Source: Nitrososphaerales archaeon
GTDB taxonomy: Archaea > Thermoproteota > Nitrososphaeria > Nitrososphaerales > UBA213
Direction: 5' to 3'
Assembly (NCBI GenBank): GCA_965197925.1
Contig: CBDAOC010000020.1
Coordinates: 864,001 to 928,000 of the forward strand
Length of the DNA stretch: 64,000 nt
In this document: one piece after another, positions 42,150 to 56,321 of the stretch
How positions within the stretch are numbered: the stretch's first letter is position 1
How the letters are laid out: every line of letters begins with the position of its first letter
Program-made: the position numbers and the translations under genes
Notes under the pieces: generated by a model
Seen by the model: the letters and a program-made list of their open reading frames with translations, nothing else
Databases searched by the model: none
Told to the model about the DNA's origin: nothing

Positions 42150-43022
42150 TCATGATTCCCTGAACATCTTAAGTATTTCATACATTTTTTGATATGATTT
42201 TTCTAGGTTAGCCTGTTTAGAAAGTCTATCTTGTATTTTTTGATATGTCTTAGAAAGTCCTCTAGGATTCTCATCCAGAATATATTTACAAAATTGTTGG
42301 GTAGTTTCAAGAAGAGTCCTTGCATAGTGTTTCATATTTGAATTTGACATCAGTAAGGATTTGAACAGTTCAGGGTGATCATTCATTATGCTTTCACTAA
42401 CAAGGGATTGCATCCTGTAAGTTGAACCCCCAATCTCCTTTAATCTATCAAATTCTTTTTCATCAGAGATTATCTTCGCAAATATGGCATTGTTCAAATG
42501 TGTAAGTCCTAGCACTACTGCTATTATCTTATCATGATCTTTAACATCTACTATTACTAATGATGCACCATGTAGTAATTTTTTAGCATTTCTTAACTCT
42601 GTATGTACATCGAAGACCGGAATCAATGCGATCTTCATTTCATTAATATCTTCTGCACCAGGCCCAAACAAGGGATGAACACATAAAGGCTTCAGCTTAT
42701 ACATTCGGACAACCTCAGACAAAATTTTATGGGCTTCGTGCTTTATAGAAGAAATCTCAATCAGAGTAGCACCGATCATCATATATTTTGATACGTGGAG
42801 TAATACACGCTTCATCGAATTCATAGGCACACATACAATTACAATGTCTGAATTCATCAGGACAAATTTCAAATTGTCAACAATATTGACTCCCAATCTC
42901 TTTAGTTTCTTCAAAGATTGATTATCGGTATCATACACAAACACCTTATGCTTGTGTTTAACGAAATACTTTGTAAACCAAGAACCCATCTTTCCTGCTG
43001 CCCCTATGACTGTAATACGCAT
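42150..43022 (-). CDS. tyrA: Prephenate dehydrogenase
   Basis: GAAGKMG, SSIK, HPLFGP, HD. Confidence 0.88.
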   Translation of the reverse strand: MRITVIGAAGKMGSWFTKYFVKHKHKVFVYDTDNQSLKKLKRLGVNIVDNLKFVLMNSDIVIVCVPMNSMKRVLLHVSKYMMIGATLIEISSIKHEAHKILSEVVRMYKLKPLCVHPLFGPGAEDINEMKIALIPVFDVHTELRNAKKLLHGASLVIVDVKDHDKIIAVVLGLTHLNNAIFAKIISDEKEFDRLKEIGGSTYRMQSLVSESIMNDHPELFKSLLMSNSNMKHYARTLLETTQQFCKYILDENPRGLSKTYQKIQDRLSKQANLEKSYQKMYEILKMFRES

Positions 43023-43047
43023 ATTAGCTATCCATTATCAATCCTTT

Positions 43048-44421
43048 TTAATTATAATGTTTACACCGAAGTTCCTGCTCTAGAATATCTAATCCTTCTT
43101 CTATCACATCTTCAGACTGTCCAGCGGAAATTCTCAAAAAATCGGGATAATTTCCAAAGCCAGTTCCAGGTGTCAAGGCGAGTCCCCGATCTAGAATCTT
43201 CTCAGTAAATCGATCTGCATTAAATCCATCAAGATCAACTCTAGCAAATACATACATCGCACCTTCGGGCTGCTGGAAGGAAACCGGCATATTTTTCAGT
43301 CTATTTGAAATTAAAGATAAACGTCTCTTCATTGCTTTGGCATTTTCCTTTATATTGTTGCTTTGTAGAACACTTAATGCAGCTAACTGCATTGGCTCTG
43401 CTACGCTTGTAAGCGCAATAGCCTGTAATTTCACCATCCTAGCAATTATATCTTTGTTAGCTACTGCATAACCAACCCTGAAACCAGTCATCGCTGGCCC
43501 CTTTGAAAATGATGAGACCAAAATGCTGTTATCATAATTATGGTTTAGAATGCTGGAGAATTTATTAGAGGAATAATCCGCATACACCTCATCACTCATA
43601 AGGATAATTTTATTGTCCTTTGCTATGCTCACTATTTTTTCTAGATTTTTATGATCAAGTACCTTACCAGTTGGATTATTAGGATAATTTATTATCAGCA
43701 TTCTTGTATTCTTGTTCACCATGTTTTCAAGCTTCCTTATATTTGGCATCCAATGATCTTCAAGAGTTGTGTGTAAAACTCTTAACTTTGCATTTACAAT
43801 ATTTGCACATTCCCTGTAAGCAGGCCAATATGGTTCTATTATAACGATTTCATTCCCTGGTTTTACTAATGAGGATATTGCAAGGAAAACTGCAAACCTT
43901 CCACCTACTGTGACTATTAATTGCTCTTTCCGAACTGAGGAATTAAACTTGTTGGCCAAGGAACTTGCTAATTCACACCTAAGTTTTTGCACCCCGCTAG
44001 GTTCCGTATAATGGTAATGCCCTTTTTCCATTGCGTCCATTAATGCATCCTTGACAGTTGCAGGAGGCACAAAATCTGGTTCACCCACCTCTAAATGTAT
44101 TATCTTCCTGCCTTCACTTTCAAGTTTTTTTGCTTTAGCAAATATGGCTGTAGGTGTTTGTTTTAGCTGAACTCTTTCTGATTCATTAAGCAAGACGTTC
44201 AGCAATCTTATCCCGATATCGTTCTCAAGTCCTATCTCTGAGCATAACTCAGTGATTGATCCACGTAATTCATCCTCTGTCTTTTCGTTAACAATTTCCA
44301 GATCCATTTCTTTTTTTATATTACCAATTTGATTGGCAATTTCCATTCTCTTCCTAACATGTCTCATAATGTCTGCAGTTACTTCCTTCATCTCTCCCCT
44401 AAGCCTCTCGAGCTCATCCAT
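43048..44421 (-). CDS. Chorismate mutase-aminotransferase (class I/II) fusion
   Basis: N-terminal AroQ-like helices, then GEPDF, NYPNNPTG, DEVY, SFSK...TGFRVGY. Confidence 0.88.
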   Translation of the reverse strand: MDELERLRGEMKEVTADIMRHVRKRMEIANQIGNIKKEMDLEIVNEKTEDELRGSITELCSEIGLENDIGIRLLNVLLNESERVQLKQTPTAIFAKAKKLESEGRKIIHLEVGEPDFVPPATVKDALMDAMEKGHYHYTEPSGVQKLRCELASSLANKFNSSVRKEQLIVTVGGRFAVFLAISSLVKPGNEIVIIEPYWPAYRECANIVNAKLRVLHTTLEDHWMPNIRKLENMVNKNTRMLIINYPNNPTGKVLDHKNLEKIVSIAKDNKIILMSDEVYADYSSNKFSSILNHNYDNSILVSSFSKGPAMTGFRVGYAVANKDIIARMVKLQAIALTSVAEPMQLAALSVLQSNNIKENAKAMKRRLSLISNRLKNMPVSFQQPEGAMYVFARVDLDGFNADRFTEKILDRGLALTPGTGFGNYPDFLRISAGQSEDVIEEGLDILEQELRCKHYN

Positions 44422-44426
44422 GAAAA

Positions 44427-45527
44427 TTACCTCTTGAGTACAGGGGGAATTAGTCCATATCTAATAGCATGATCTGTGAGGATAATCGCCACAATAGCTT
44501 CGACGACTGGGCTTGCTCTTGGAACCACACAGGGATCGTGCCTTCCAGGTACCGTCATTTCTATCTGCTCCATTCTCTGTATATCAACCGATTGTTGTTT
44601 CTTCGCGATTGATGAAGCAGGTTTAAATGCAATTCTCATTAGAACAGGCATGCCGTTCGATAATCCTCCAAGTATTCCTCCAGAGTTATTTGACACAGTC
44701 ACGATCTTATCATTCTCAATTTTGTAGGTATCATTATTTTGAGAACCTCTTTTTTTCGCACCTTCGAATCCTGAACCAAATTCAACACCTTTAACTGCTG
44801 GTATTCCGAATAATGCTTTGCTAAGATCAGATTCTAGAGCACCAAAAACTGGTTCACCAAGACCAGTTGGTAGGTTCAGGGCTATACATTCTACTACTCC
44901 CCCTAACGAATCTCCCTCCCTTTTTGATTTTACTATTGCCTCCTTCATCTTCTCCGCTACTATTGGATTGGGACATCGAACCTCATTTGTATAACGTAGT
45001 TTTCTAATATCATCTATTGACAAGTTATCAACTCTTATACCACCTATTTCCAAAGTATACGCAAGAACTTCTATTCCCAGTAATTGTTGCAATAATTTCT
45101 CAGCAATAGCCCCCGCCATTACAAACGTTGCGGTTATCCTTCCAGAAAATCGTCCTCCCCCTCTATAATCATTAAAGCCTCCATACCTCACCATCGCAGG
45201 ATAATCTGCATGTCCTGGCCTAGGCATGTTTCTTATTTGATCGTATGGTCTAGAATCAGGATCTTTATTCCATATTAGCATACAAATAGGAGCACCTGTA
45301 GTATTTCCATTGAATATACCAGAAAGTATCTCAACTTGATCCTCCTCTTTTCTTTGTGTCGTAACTACCGATTGACCTGGTTTTCTGAGGTCAAGTTTCT
45401 TCTGTATATCCACATCATTAATAGGCAAGCCCGCAGGACAACCATCTACAATAACACCCACACATTTTCCATGGCTTTCACCAAAGCTTACAGCAGTGAA
45501 ACGTTCCCCTATCATATTACCTGACAT
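44427..45527 (-). CDS. aroC: Chorismate synthase
   Basis: GESHG, RPGHAD, GGGR.SGR, GRHDPC. Confidence 0.96.
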   Translation of the reverse strand: MSGNMIGERFTAVSFGESHGKCVGVIVDGCPAGLPINDVDIQKKLDLRKPGQSVVTTQRKEEDQVEILSGIFNGNTTGAPICMLIWNKDPDSRPYDQIRNMPRPGHADYPAMVRYGGFNDYRGGGRFSGRITATFVMAGAIAEKLLQQLLGIEVLAYTLEIGGIRVDNLSIDDIRKLRYTNEVRCPNPIVAEKMKEAIVKSKREGDSLGGVVECIALNLPTGLGEPVFGALESDLSKALFGIPAVKGVEFGSGFEGAKKRGSQNNDTYKIENDKIVTVSNNSGGILGGLSNGMPVLMRIAFKPASSIAKKQQSVDIQRMEQIEMTVPGRHDPCVVPRASPVVEAIVAIILTDHAIRYGLIPPVLKR

Positions 45528-45662
45528 TTATTCTCACTGCATTATGCTCTTTTATATCTCTATCATGAATTCTTTTTATATCGAAGGGAAATCCTCTATC
45601 AATATTAACAAGCGTAAAAGAATACAAAAGAATGGAAATTGTACATTAAATGGTAATCATTG

Positions 45663-46967
45663 CTATTGCTCTTTATACTCTCTTTGTTGAGGTAACATGA
45701 TATATACACATGCAGAACCACACATAGTGCAGGGTACATTATTTCCTTCATGCTGTCCTTCCCTATTGTGGATCATAGCAGCTTTTTCTGGATCTATTGC
45801 AAGCGAGATCTGTTTTTGCCAATTTAGAGTTCGTCTGGCATCTGTCATTTCTCGATCCCATTTTATAGCTCTCTCTCTCAACTTCACAAGATCGCCAGCA
45901 TGTGCGGCTATTCTGTATGCAATCAAACCTTCCTTAACTTCTTCAACTGTAGGCAATCCAAGGTGTTCTGATGGTGTAAGATAACAAAGTAGGTCTACAC
46001 CTTCTGCTGCAGATATAGCAGCTCCTATAGCACTAGCTATATGATCATAACCTGCTGCTACATCAGTCACTAAAGGTCCTAGTACATAGTAAGGTACTTC
46101 ACCAATCATTGATTTAGCTAGTCGTACGTTTGCAGCAATTTCGTTCAATGGGACGTGTCCAGGTCCCTCTATCATGACTTGTACATCTTTCTCACGTGCC
46201 CTCTTTGCAAGTCTTCCAACATTGATCATTTCCGCAATTTGAAGCTCATCATGGGAATCAAGAATAGAACCAGGTCTCAATGCATCACCTAAGCTGAACG
46301 TTACATCATATTGTCTAGCTATATCACAAAGATAGTCAAAATGCTTATAGTAGGGGTTTTCCTTACCATATTTCAACATCCATGCTGCGGTTATTGTTCC
46401 ACCCTTGCTAACTATACCAGCGTGGCGTTTCACCTTCATTATCCGTTGCGCAATTTCGTAAGTTATGCCAGAATGTATTGTGGTGTAATCTACTCCATCT
46501 CTAACACATTTTTCAAATGCATTAAGATAATCATCCTCATCCATGGATAGTGGGTTCTTATGCATCTTCACGGCATGGGAATAGGCCTGATATACAGGTA
46601 CATAACCAAACTGTATAGGCGCCTCCTTGAGCAAGGTCTGTCTTATTAGGTCCAAGTCTCCACCGTCGCTTAGATCCATTATAGTATCCGCACCATGCTT
46701 TACAGCCACCTTAGCTTTTTCGATCTCTGCTCCAAGGTTTACCTTTGAAGTTGATGTTCCTATATTCACATTTACCTTTGTCGTTAAACCCGTGCCTATC
46801 CCGACAACCTTGATCTGATCCTTCCTAATGTTATTCCTTGGAATAATGATCGAACCATTTGCTATTCTAGATAATAAAATATTCAGATCCATTTCCTCAG
46901 CTCCAGCTATCATTTTCATCTCTTCTGTCGCTATTCCCCTTCGCGCACTGCTCATTTGTGTGCCCAT
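45663..46967 (-). CDS. thiC: Phosphomethylpyrimidine synthase
   Basis: KVNVNIGTS, GADTIMDLS, SLGD.LRPG, EGPGH, CTMCG..C. Confidence 0.96.
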   Translation of the reverse strand: MGTQMSSARRGIATEEMKMIAGAEEMDLNILLSRIANGSIIIPRNNIRKDQIKVVGIGTGLTTKVNVNIGTSTSKVNLGAEIEKAKVAVKHGADTIMDLSDGGDLDLIRQTLLKEAPIQFGYVPVYQAYSHAVKMHKNPLSMDEDDYLNAFEKCVRDGVDYTTIHSGITYEIAQRIMKVKRHAGIVSKGGTITAAWMLKYGKENPYYKHFDYLCDIARQYDVTFSLGDALRPGSILDSHDELQIAEMINVGRLAKRAREKDVQVMIEGPGHVPLNEIAANVRLAKSMIGEVPYYVLGPLVTDVAAGYDHIASAIGAAISAAEGVDLLCYLTPSEHLGLPTVEEVKEGLIAYRIAAHAGDLVKLRERAIKWDREMTDARRTLNWQKQISLAIDPEKAAMIHNREGQHEGNNVPCTMCGSACVYIMLPQQREYKEQ

Positions 46968-47133
46968 TAAATCACAAAATATAGTATGAATTGGAAAATA
47001 TAAAAATGCATGGGTCTAAAATTACCCAAAGTCAGGATTTTTGGATCCAAGGGTATTTGCTGAGGCTACAACCTTTGTGAATATTGTGTAAGGACTAACT
47101 ACAAATAGCAATTATTGCTTTTTAATCATATAA

Positions 47134-48465
47134 ATGACGAAAGCCCTTACTATAGCAGGTTCGGATACAAGTTCTGGCGCAGGCATACAGGCAGATCTCC
47201 GAATATTTTCGATGCTCAAAGTCTATGGTGCCAGTGCTATCACAGCAGTTACTGCCCAGAACACCAAGAGTATATTCATGATTAGAGCAGTAGATTCTGA
47301 GATGGTAATGGCGCAGATCCGTAGTGTGTTAAAGGATATAGATATAGATGCAATTAAGATAGGGATGGTTTATAGCAAGGAGATCATAACTAGCATAATA
47401 AGAGAGTTAAAAGATGTAAATATTCCTTTAATACTTGATCCTATATTCAGAGCGGGCACCGGTAAAGTATTACTAAAAAATGATGCGTATCCAACATTTA
47501 TCAAGAGACTTGTTCCCATTGTTGATGTTTTAACACCTAACCGCATGGAAGCGGAGAGAATCTCCAATGTAAAGATCTATGACGTAGATGATGCTAAAAT
47601 CGCAGCGGAGAGGATTTCCTCACTAGGAGCAAAAAATGTAATCGTGAAAGGTGGACATATTCGAGCCAAGTATTCTACGGATGTCCTTTACCATAGAAAA
47701 AGATATTTCGAATTTACTAATGAGAGAATCAAGACAGAAAATTTGCATGGTGCTGGATGTAACTTTTCAGCAGCTTTAACAGCAGAAATGGCCAAGGGAA
47801 AGAATATCGTTGATGCAACCAAGAGAGCTAACGAATTTGTTAGATGTGCCATAATGACCTCATCAAGAATAGGAAAAGGGTCTAGCATTCCCAGCCTTGA
47901 ATTGGTAATACCTACGAATAAGTTGCTTGCAGAGATGTACAGAATAGTTTCCATGATTGAGGATACTGATTGTATTGGCACATTAATACCTGAAACGCAA
48001 AGCAATATAGTATATGCAAAAGTGAATGCAAAGTCCGTTGATGATGTGGCTGCCGTAAGAGGGAGGATAGTAAAGATTGGTAAAAAAGCAAAGGCCGCAA
48101 GTGGTGTTGGTTTTGGCGCATCCAAACATGTGGCTTCAGCGGTACTTGCAATTATGCAATATGATAAATCAATTCGGTCTGCTATTAATATAAAGTATGA
48201 TGAACAAGTGATTTCCATATGTAAAAATTTGAGATTGAAAATATCAAATTATGATAGAATGAACGAACCAGTAGAATTGAAATCTATGGAGGGTATGAGT
48301 ATACAATGGGGTATAGAACAGGCTGTGATGAAATTAAAATTAATACCAGATGTTATATACCATCGAGGCGATTGGGGCAAGGAACCTATGATGCTCCTGT
48401 TTGGTAAAAATCCTTTCGAAGTATACAAGAGGGTTATTTCTATTTTACAAAAGCTCAATAACTGA
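47134..48465 (+). CDS. thiD: HMP/HMP-P kinase-ThiN fusion (ThiDN)
   Basis: AGSD.SSGAGIQAD, TPN..EA, HG.GC, then ThiN domain (IPE..SN, FGASKH, GKEP). Confidence 0.93.
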   Translation: MTKALTIAGSDTSSGAGIQADLRIFSMLKVYGASAITAVTAQNTKSIFMIRAVDSEMVMAQIRSVLKDIDIDAIKIGMVYSKEIITSIIRELKDVNIPLILDPIFRAGTGKVLLKNDAYPTFIKRLVPIVDVLTPNRMEAERISNVKIYDVDDAKIAAERISSLGAKNVIVKGGHIRAKYSTDVLYHRKRYFEFTNERIKTENLHGAGCNFSAALTAEMAKGKNIVDATKRANEFVRCAIMTSSRIGKGSSIPSLELVIPTNKLLAEMYRIVSMIEDTDCIGTLIPETQSNIVYAKVNAKSVDDVAAVRGRIVKIGKKAKAASGVGFGASKHVASAVLAIMQYDKSIRSAINIKYDEQVISICKNLRLKISNYDRMNEPVELKSMEGMSIQWGIEQAVMKLKLIPDVIYHRGDWGKEPMMLLFGKNPFEVYKRVISILQKLNN

Positions 48466-48517
48466 ATGAAAAACTGAATGAGTTATCATTATATCTTAAA
48501 TACTTCTAAACTTTATC

Positions 48518-49225
48518 TTGCTTATGAAAACAGTTATACTTGCTGGTGGCTTGGGCACCAGACTACAACCGTACACATTTTTCATGCCAAAACCTATGCT
48601 TCCATTGGGCAACAAACCATTACTTGAACATATTATTACATGGATAAGAAGGAACAATATGAAAGACATAGTGATTTGCGTAAGTTACCTAGGGAACACA
48701 ATTGAAAATTATTTTGCTGACGGCACCAAGTTTGATGTTAGAATTGAGTATGCCAGATCAGAAAGACCATTAGGTACTGCGGGTCAGCTCAAAAGTGCTG
48801 AAAAATTCATACATGACCCTTTTCTCTGTATATATGGAGATTCTATATATGAATTTGATCTGCGTAAACTGGCAAAAGGACATAAATCAAAGAAAGCATT
48901 GGTAACAATGACACTAGTTAAATATAGTGAAAAGTTGAAGTATGGTTTCATCGAATTAAATGGTTCAAGAAGGGTAAAGTCTTGGAAAGAGAAGCCTGAA
49001 TTCAAAGGGCTAATCAATATTGGATGCTATGCCATGGAACCACAATTTTTACAATACATAAAGACAAAATCTGCCAGTAGTATGGATAAGGCATTTATTG
49101 ATGCATTAAAAGCTAACGAGAGGATCTACGGCCATGTGATCAATAGAGGTTTTATTGATATAGGAAACAAGAAATCATATATGAAAGCGTATAAAGATTA
49201 TCTCACAAAATTAGGAAGAGTATAA
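48518..49225 (+). CDS. Nucleotidyltransferase (sugar-1-phosphate NTP transferase)
   Basis: LAGGLGTRL.P, PKPMLP, LGTAG, EKP. Confidence 0.9.
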   Translation: MLMKTVILAGGLGTRLQPYTFFMPKPMLPLGNKPLLEHIITWIRRNNMKDIVICVSYLGNTIENYFADGTKFDVRIEYARSERPLGTAGQLKSAEKFIHDPFLCIYGDSIYEFDLRKLAKGHKSKKALVTMTLVKYSEKLKYGFIELNGSRRVKSWKEKPEFKGLINIGCYAMEPQFLQYIKTKSASSMDKAFIDALKANERIYGHVINRGFIDIGNKKSYMKAYKDYLTKLGRV

Positions 49226-49230
49226 TAACT

Positions 49231-49722
49231 GAGGCTTAGGCGTAATTTAGTTCGAAACGATAAGATCAGGTTCTAGTTTTTATTGTTGATATGTTTAGCT
49301 CATACTCGATACTCCTTCGTATATTATTTTTGATTGACGTGATTCTAGTCAAAACCTAATAGGAAAAGGGTAGACCATTCTACTATTCTCCTACAGTTAT
49401 GGTGAGATGCTTCATCGTTAGAGTATGGATAAGAATACCAAGCAACAATGCTTTGCATGAAACTTTTTGATAGACATGCCATACAACAGGAAGGTAATGA
49501 AGGCATGTGGTCTTGATAGGTTGCCAGACAGAAGAACATTCGACAGAAGGTTCAAGACCATATCAATTGACATAAGATCAAGGATAGATGTTATGGGTAT
49601 GCTCTTCATAAAAGATGGGTTGGTAGACCCAGCCATAGTATCCGTTGACAGTTCATTGTTGAAAGCAAAGGGACATGTATGGCACAAATCTAGCATGAAG
49701 AAGAATGAAGTGCCACGCTCCG
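49231..49722 (+). mobile_element. IS type X, left fragment
   Basis: Starts GAGGCTTAGGCGTAATT, homologous to 30981 onward, and stops at EVPRS where IS5b begins. Confidence 0.85.
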
Positions 49723-50602
49723 CAACTCATCTCAAAACCCTACAATACATCAAAAATGATGCAAGATTAACAAATGCCAGATAGTTTTCTGCCGTTCTTT
49801 CATACCTGATTCTTGTTCTGTGAAATCCATTCTTGAGCCATGCAAAGAATCTCTCAACTACAAATCTTGTCTTGTTGTAATGTTTGCAATCATTATTTTG
49901 CAAGATGAACTTGGAATTTATTTTGTATGGGATGCAACATGCAATATTTCTATCCCACAACCACAAATACATTCTGATGTATTTTGCATCATTTTGTCTG
50001 CATAAACTGGTTCTATCTGTTGTATTGAATCATCATCAAGATAGTCTGAAATTGATCCTGTAACATCCATGCATTTTGTACTGTCATGTTCATTTGCCGG
50101 ACTCAGCAGTATGGATATTGGAAATCCGTTACCCTCTACTGCGGCATGTATTTTTGTACCTGTTATTCTCTTGAATCCATTATATCCAGTTACATTGCCC
50201 CTTTTTTATCAGGAATGGATGAAGAGTCAACTGATATTTTTTGCAGATTAATTTTGCCAGATTTATGTGCTGAGTGAATAGTACGTGATAGAATCTTTTT
50301 CCAGATTCCTTTTTGTTGCCATTTGTTTAACCTTCTGTTTGCAGTAGAATCATCACCATATCTTTTTGGCATATCGTCCCATCGGCATCCAGTAGTTAGA
50401 ACATGGATTATTCCGTTAATGATTTTTCTATCATCATCCCTAGGCCTGCCAGTTTTTGCATGTGGTGGTATGTGTGATTCCATCATACTCCACTGTTTGT
50501 CTGATAATTCTTGGAATTTCATAAAATAATTTTAGATGTCGCTATTCATAGATCTAAATGGCCGCTAAAAATTGTCTAAATGGTTAGTTTTGAGATGAGT
50601 TG
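49723..50602 (-). mobile_element. IS5-family element IS5b, full-length
   Basis: Perfect 16-bp TIRs CAACTCATCTCAAAAC / GTTTTGAGATGAGTTG; orfA 50190-50522; degraded orfB. Confidence 0.9.
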
Positions 50603-51248
50603 ATTATACAACACTGCAGAAGTTTGCTTCAAGGATGAATGACATGCTTCTGTACAGGATAATCAGTTCATTCATCCTTCTTACGAAGGTAAGGAAGATG
50701 TTTGTGGGAATAGATGCGTCTGGATTCAAATCCAGTAACGCTTCATCATATTATACTGATGTAGCAGGAATAAGGAAGCGTTACATCAAGCTGTCTATAG
50801 GTGCTGAAGTGAGAGAGCAGCTGGCATGTTCTTTGAAGATAAGAAGAGGGCCAAGACACGATACTATAGATTTCACACCATTGCTGCAAAGGGCATCAAG
50901 TATAATGCCATTGTCTATAGTTGTAGCTGATAAAGGCTATGATAGCGAAGCAAATCACGAATTTGTTAGAGAGTATCTAGGTGCTGTGAGCAGTCCCTGC
51001 TAGATATGGAGATGTACCAGTATGGAGAACGCATGGAAGATACAGGAAGCAGATGGAGAGGAGATTCTACAAGGAACTTTACTGTCAGAGTAACAAGAAC
51101 GAAACCATACTGTCTGTGGTAAAGAGAATGTTTGGTGAGTATATACTATCAAGATCTGTTAGAATGCAGAACAGGGAGCTGTTCTTCAGAGTAATTGCCT
51201 ACAACATGCATAGATTAACTGTATTTTTGGTATGGTTTCTACAGAGCC
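50603..51248 (+). mobile_element. IS type Y, right fragment
   Basis: Near-identical to 30314-30959 and ends in ATGGTTTCTACAGAGCC. Confidence 0.88.
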
Positions 51249-51826
51249 TCCTTAACAGAGATTATTTATTTACAAAAGTAGGTTTGTTTCCTTGTAAAGA
51301 TTTACGCTCGGGAAATGAAATTATACTAAAAAGACCTAATGGAGTTAGGGACCCATTCAATTTAACTATTGATTCTGGTGTTTCAGTCAGGTATAACATA
51401 ATCAGATTTGATTAGGAATATGGTATGAAAAGGCGATAAACAAGGATGAAAAGACAGCAAATTTTCTCAACAGATAGCTATAGTGATTGCTGATTTTATA
51501 AACCAAATGTTTATCTTTTTCCTAAGCTTCATCGGTGTAGTCCTCGATACTAACTAACAAGAAATTCGGCCTAGTCGTCTCCATAACGGATCTTGTAGAT
51601 AAGTATAATATATGAAAATTATGTGCAGAATCTTCTTTTTGAGTTTACCAAAAATAAACCACTCAATAGTTCATATTAAGAGAGAGTCAAGATTTTCTTT
51701 ATAGCGAAAATATATTTACCGCGACAGAATTCCTTTACTATATCCCTATTTTCCCTGAAGTTCTTTCATTCACCATTTTCATGTAGTTCTTCATACTTCT
51801 AAAATTAATTTCTTCCATGATTTACT

Positions 51827-54016
<2,190 letters not shown>

Positions 54017-54550
54017 TTATTCAATCTTCACTGCTGTCCCCTTTGGTTTCAGGGGTTCCTTCAGCTTTATCTTCAGCTCAAGTATTCCATTCGTGTATGT
54101 CGCCTTTGCAGAACTGTCATACAATTTCACATTAACGGGTACATCAGTATGGTATTTTTTACCACCCTTTTCTGCATGGATCGTGACGTAGTTCTCTGCC
54201 ACTTTCACATCTATGTCTTCCTTTGAAATGCCGGGCATTTCTGCAGTAACTTTTAACAGATTCTCCTTCTCATCTAGGATAGTATCTACTAGAGGTTCTC
54301 TAACTTCTCCCTGCTCCACAAGACCTTTTGCAGATGGTCGTACATTACCAAATTCCCTTATCTGAGGTCTTCCGTCTGATCCTACTATTACTTGATAACC
54401 ATAGTAATAGGGGAAACTGTCAATTTCTGCAAGGTTAGTCTCATGCACAGTCCTGAACAATCTGTTTACCATATCTTCCGCTTCCCTGAACTCTCGATCC
54501 ATTTCTTCGAAAATGCTCCTGGAACTTGCGCTTATTGGTTTTCTCCACAT
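54017..54550 (-). CDS. hsp20: Archaeal small heat-shock protein
   Basis: YYGY...G.DG.P..REFGN, AEMPG, ATY.NGILE. Confidence 0.93.
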   Translation of the reverse strand: MWRKPISASSRSIFEEMDREFREAEDMVNRLFRTVHETNLAEIDSFPYYYGYQVIVGSDGRPQIREFGNVRPSAKGLVEQGEVREPLVDTILDEKENLLKVTAEMPGISKEDIDVKVAENYVTIHAEKGGKKYHTDVPVNVKLYDSSAKATYTNGILELKIKLKEPLKPKGTAVKIE

Positions 54551-54659
54551 ATGAAATTCACCTTACTATTGTAATAGATATTACATTATATATAGTTATC
54601 TTACATATAGTAATATTAAATAGCATGAAACATAATATAGATTACTTGGTGTTAATAAT

Positions 54660-55331
54660 ATGCAAAACTGGGATAGGCCATCCGTACCAGATGCGATACG
54701 GAGTATAATCACTGGAAACCAGCCAGTTTACCTATGCCTAAAAATGGGATTGATAAATTATACGGCACTTGCTGCAAGAATAAGGCCAGAGGTTGAAAAT
54801 CTTGTCGGTGATGCCGTTAATCTTAACACAATAGTTGTAGCTATCAAGAGGTATGTTGATTCTATGGAAAAAATGCAAAGCAGAGAAGAAAGATCGGAAG
54901 TTCTTAAGGCCGCTAGAATGTCGCTTACAGGAGGAATAATAAATGTTGGTTTTCATCCTATCAATAGATTTGACGATTATGTCTCGGATATACTTCATAA
55001 GTTGTTTGATTTTGATCCTCAATTTCGTCTGGTTCAGTCAGAAAGTTTTATGAGAATATTTGCTGATGATGTGGAAGGTGTTAGAAAATTGTTTGCAGAT
55101 ATGGCCAATAGATTTGATGTTGATATTCGTGAAGGCTTTGCTAAGATATCTATAAAGTTACCTATTGAAGCAGATGATAAACCCGAGGTTGTTTCTTTAA
55201 TTTCAGATGTATTATATAGAAATGGAGTTACTTTGCGAGATGCATTATTCGGCCATGATGAGATATTATTGGTTGTGGATGAAAGTGTTGCTGCAAAGGC
55301 TTATGATCTTTTACGAAAGATCTTTGGTTGA
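54660..55331 (+). CDS. ACT-domain-like regulatory protein
   Basis: GLINYTALA..I, VVAIKR N-terminal domain, and ACT-like C-terminus. Confidence 0.65.
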   Translation: MQNWDRPSVPDAIRSIITGNQPVYLCLKMGLINYTALAARIRPEVENLVGDAVNLNTIVVAIKRYVDSMEKMQSREERSEVLKAARMSLTGGIINVGFHPINRFDDYVSDILHKLFDFDPQFRLVQSESFMRIFADDVEGVRKLFADMANRFDVDIREGFAKISIKLPIEADDKPEVVSLISDVLYRNGVTLRDALFGHDEILLVVDESVAAKAYDLLRKIFG

Positions 55332-55340
55332 TAGATATAT

Positions 55341-55885
55341 GAGGCTTGGGCGTAATTGAGTAGCCCAAAACGATAAGATCAGATTTCAGTTCCAATTATT
55401 GATGCGTTTAACTCAGACCCCATCACTTCTTCGTATATTATTTTTGATTGGTGTAATTCGTTGGCGAAAACCTAATAGGAAAAGAGGTAGACCATTCTAC
55501 TATTCTCCAACAGCAATGCTGAGGTGCTTCGTCGTTAGAGTTTGTGTAAGTATTCCCAGTAACAACGTTTTGCATTAGTATTTCTGTATGGATATGCCGT
55601 ACAATAGGAAGGTGATGAAGACAAGTGGGTTGGATAGGTTACCAGATAGGAGAACATACGATAGGAGATTCGAGCTAATATCCTTTGATATCAAAGTAAG
55701 GATAGATGCAATGGGTTTGTTATTCATAAATGAGGGTCTGATAGATTCATGCGTTGTATCTGTAGATAGTGCATTGTTGAAAGCAAAAGGACGTGTACGG
55801 GATGGATCAAACATGAAGAAGAATGAGATACCACGTTTAGGTATAGATACAGATGCAAAATGGGACTACAGCCGAACTAACATAT
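55341..55885 (+). mobile_element. IS type X relative, diverged and truncated
   Basis: Starts GAGGCTTGGGCGTAATT; LPDRRT.DRR, SVDS, and DTDAKW. Confidence 0.8.
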
Positions 55886-56321
55886 AGATAAACTTTAGGT
55901 CTTAATTCAGGAAAGTATTAATCGGATTGGAAGCAGTAGGATTATTCTGCAGGAATTAGATATAAATGATTTTCTGTATTTTGGCTCAAGAAGCCAGATC
56001 ATGATGATAATCAATCTAATACATTTTCCAAGTTATCGCCCTAGGTTTCATCCTTTTGAATCTAATTTTTTCTAATTCATTTTCACCAAACATTAGCTTT
56101 ATGCCAGAAAGTATGGTTTCATAATTCAGGAATAAAGGGAAGACTGTGGAGTAGAGATGATACTATTATCGTGAAACATAGATAATCCAAGAATTCATGA
56201 GGAAAGGATCAAAGCATGAAGTTTCAATAATGGACGAAATGACAATAAATACAGAGTTATAATGTCCGTTTAATTTGTGAAATCAAATATTGTTTAGGAA
56301 AGCTTTTTACGACCATGCTAG

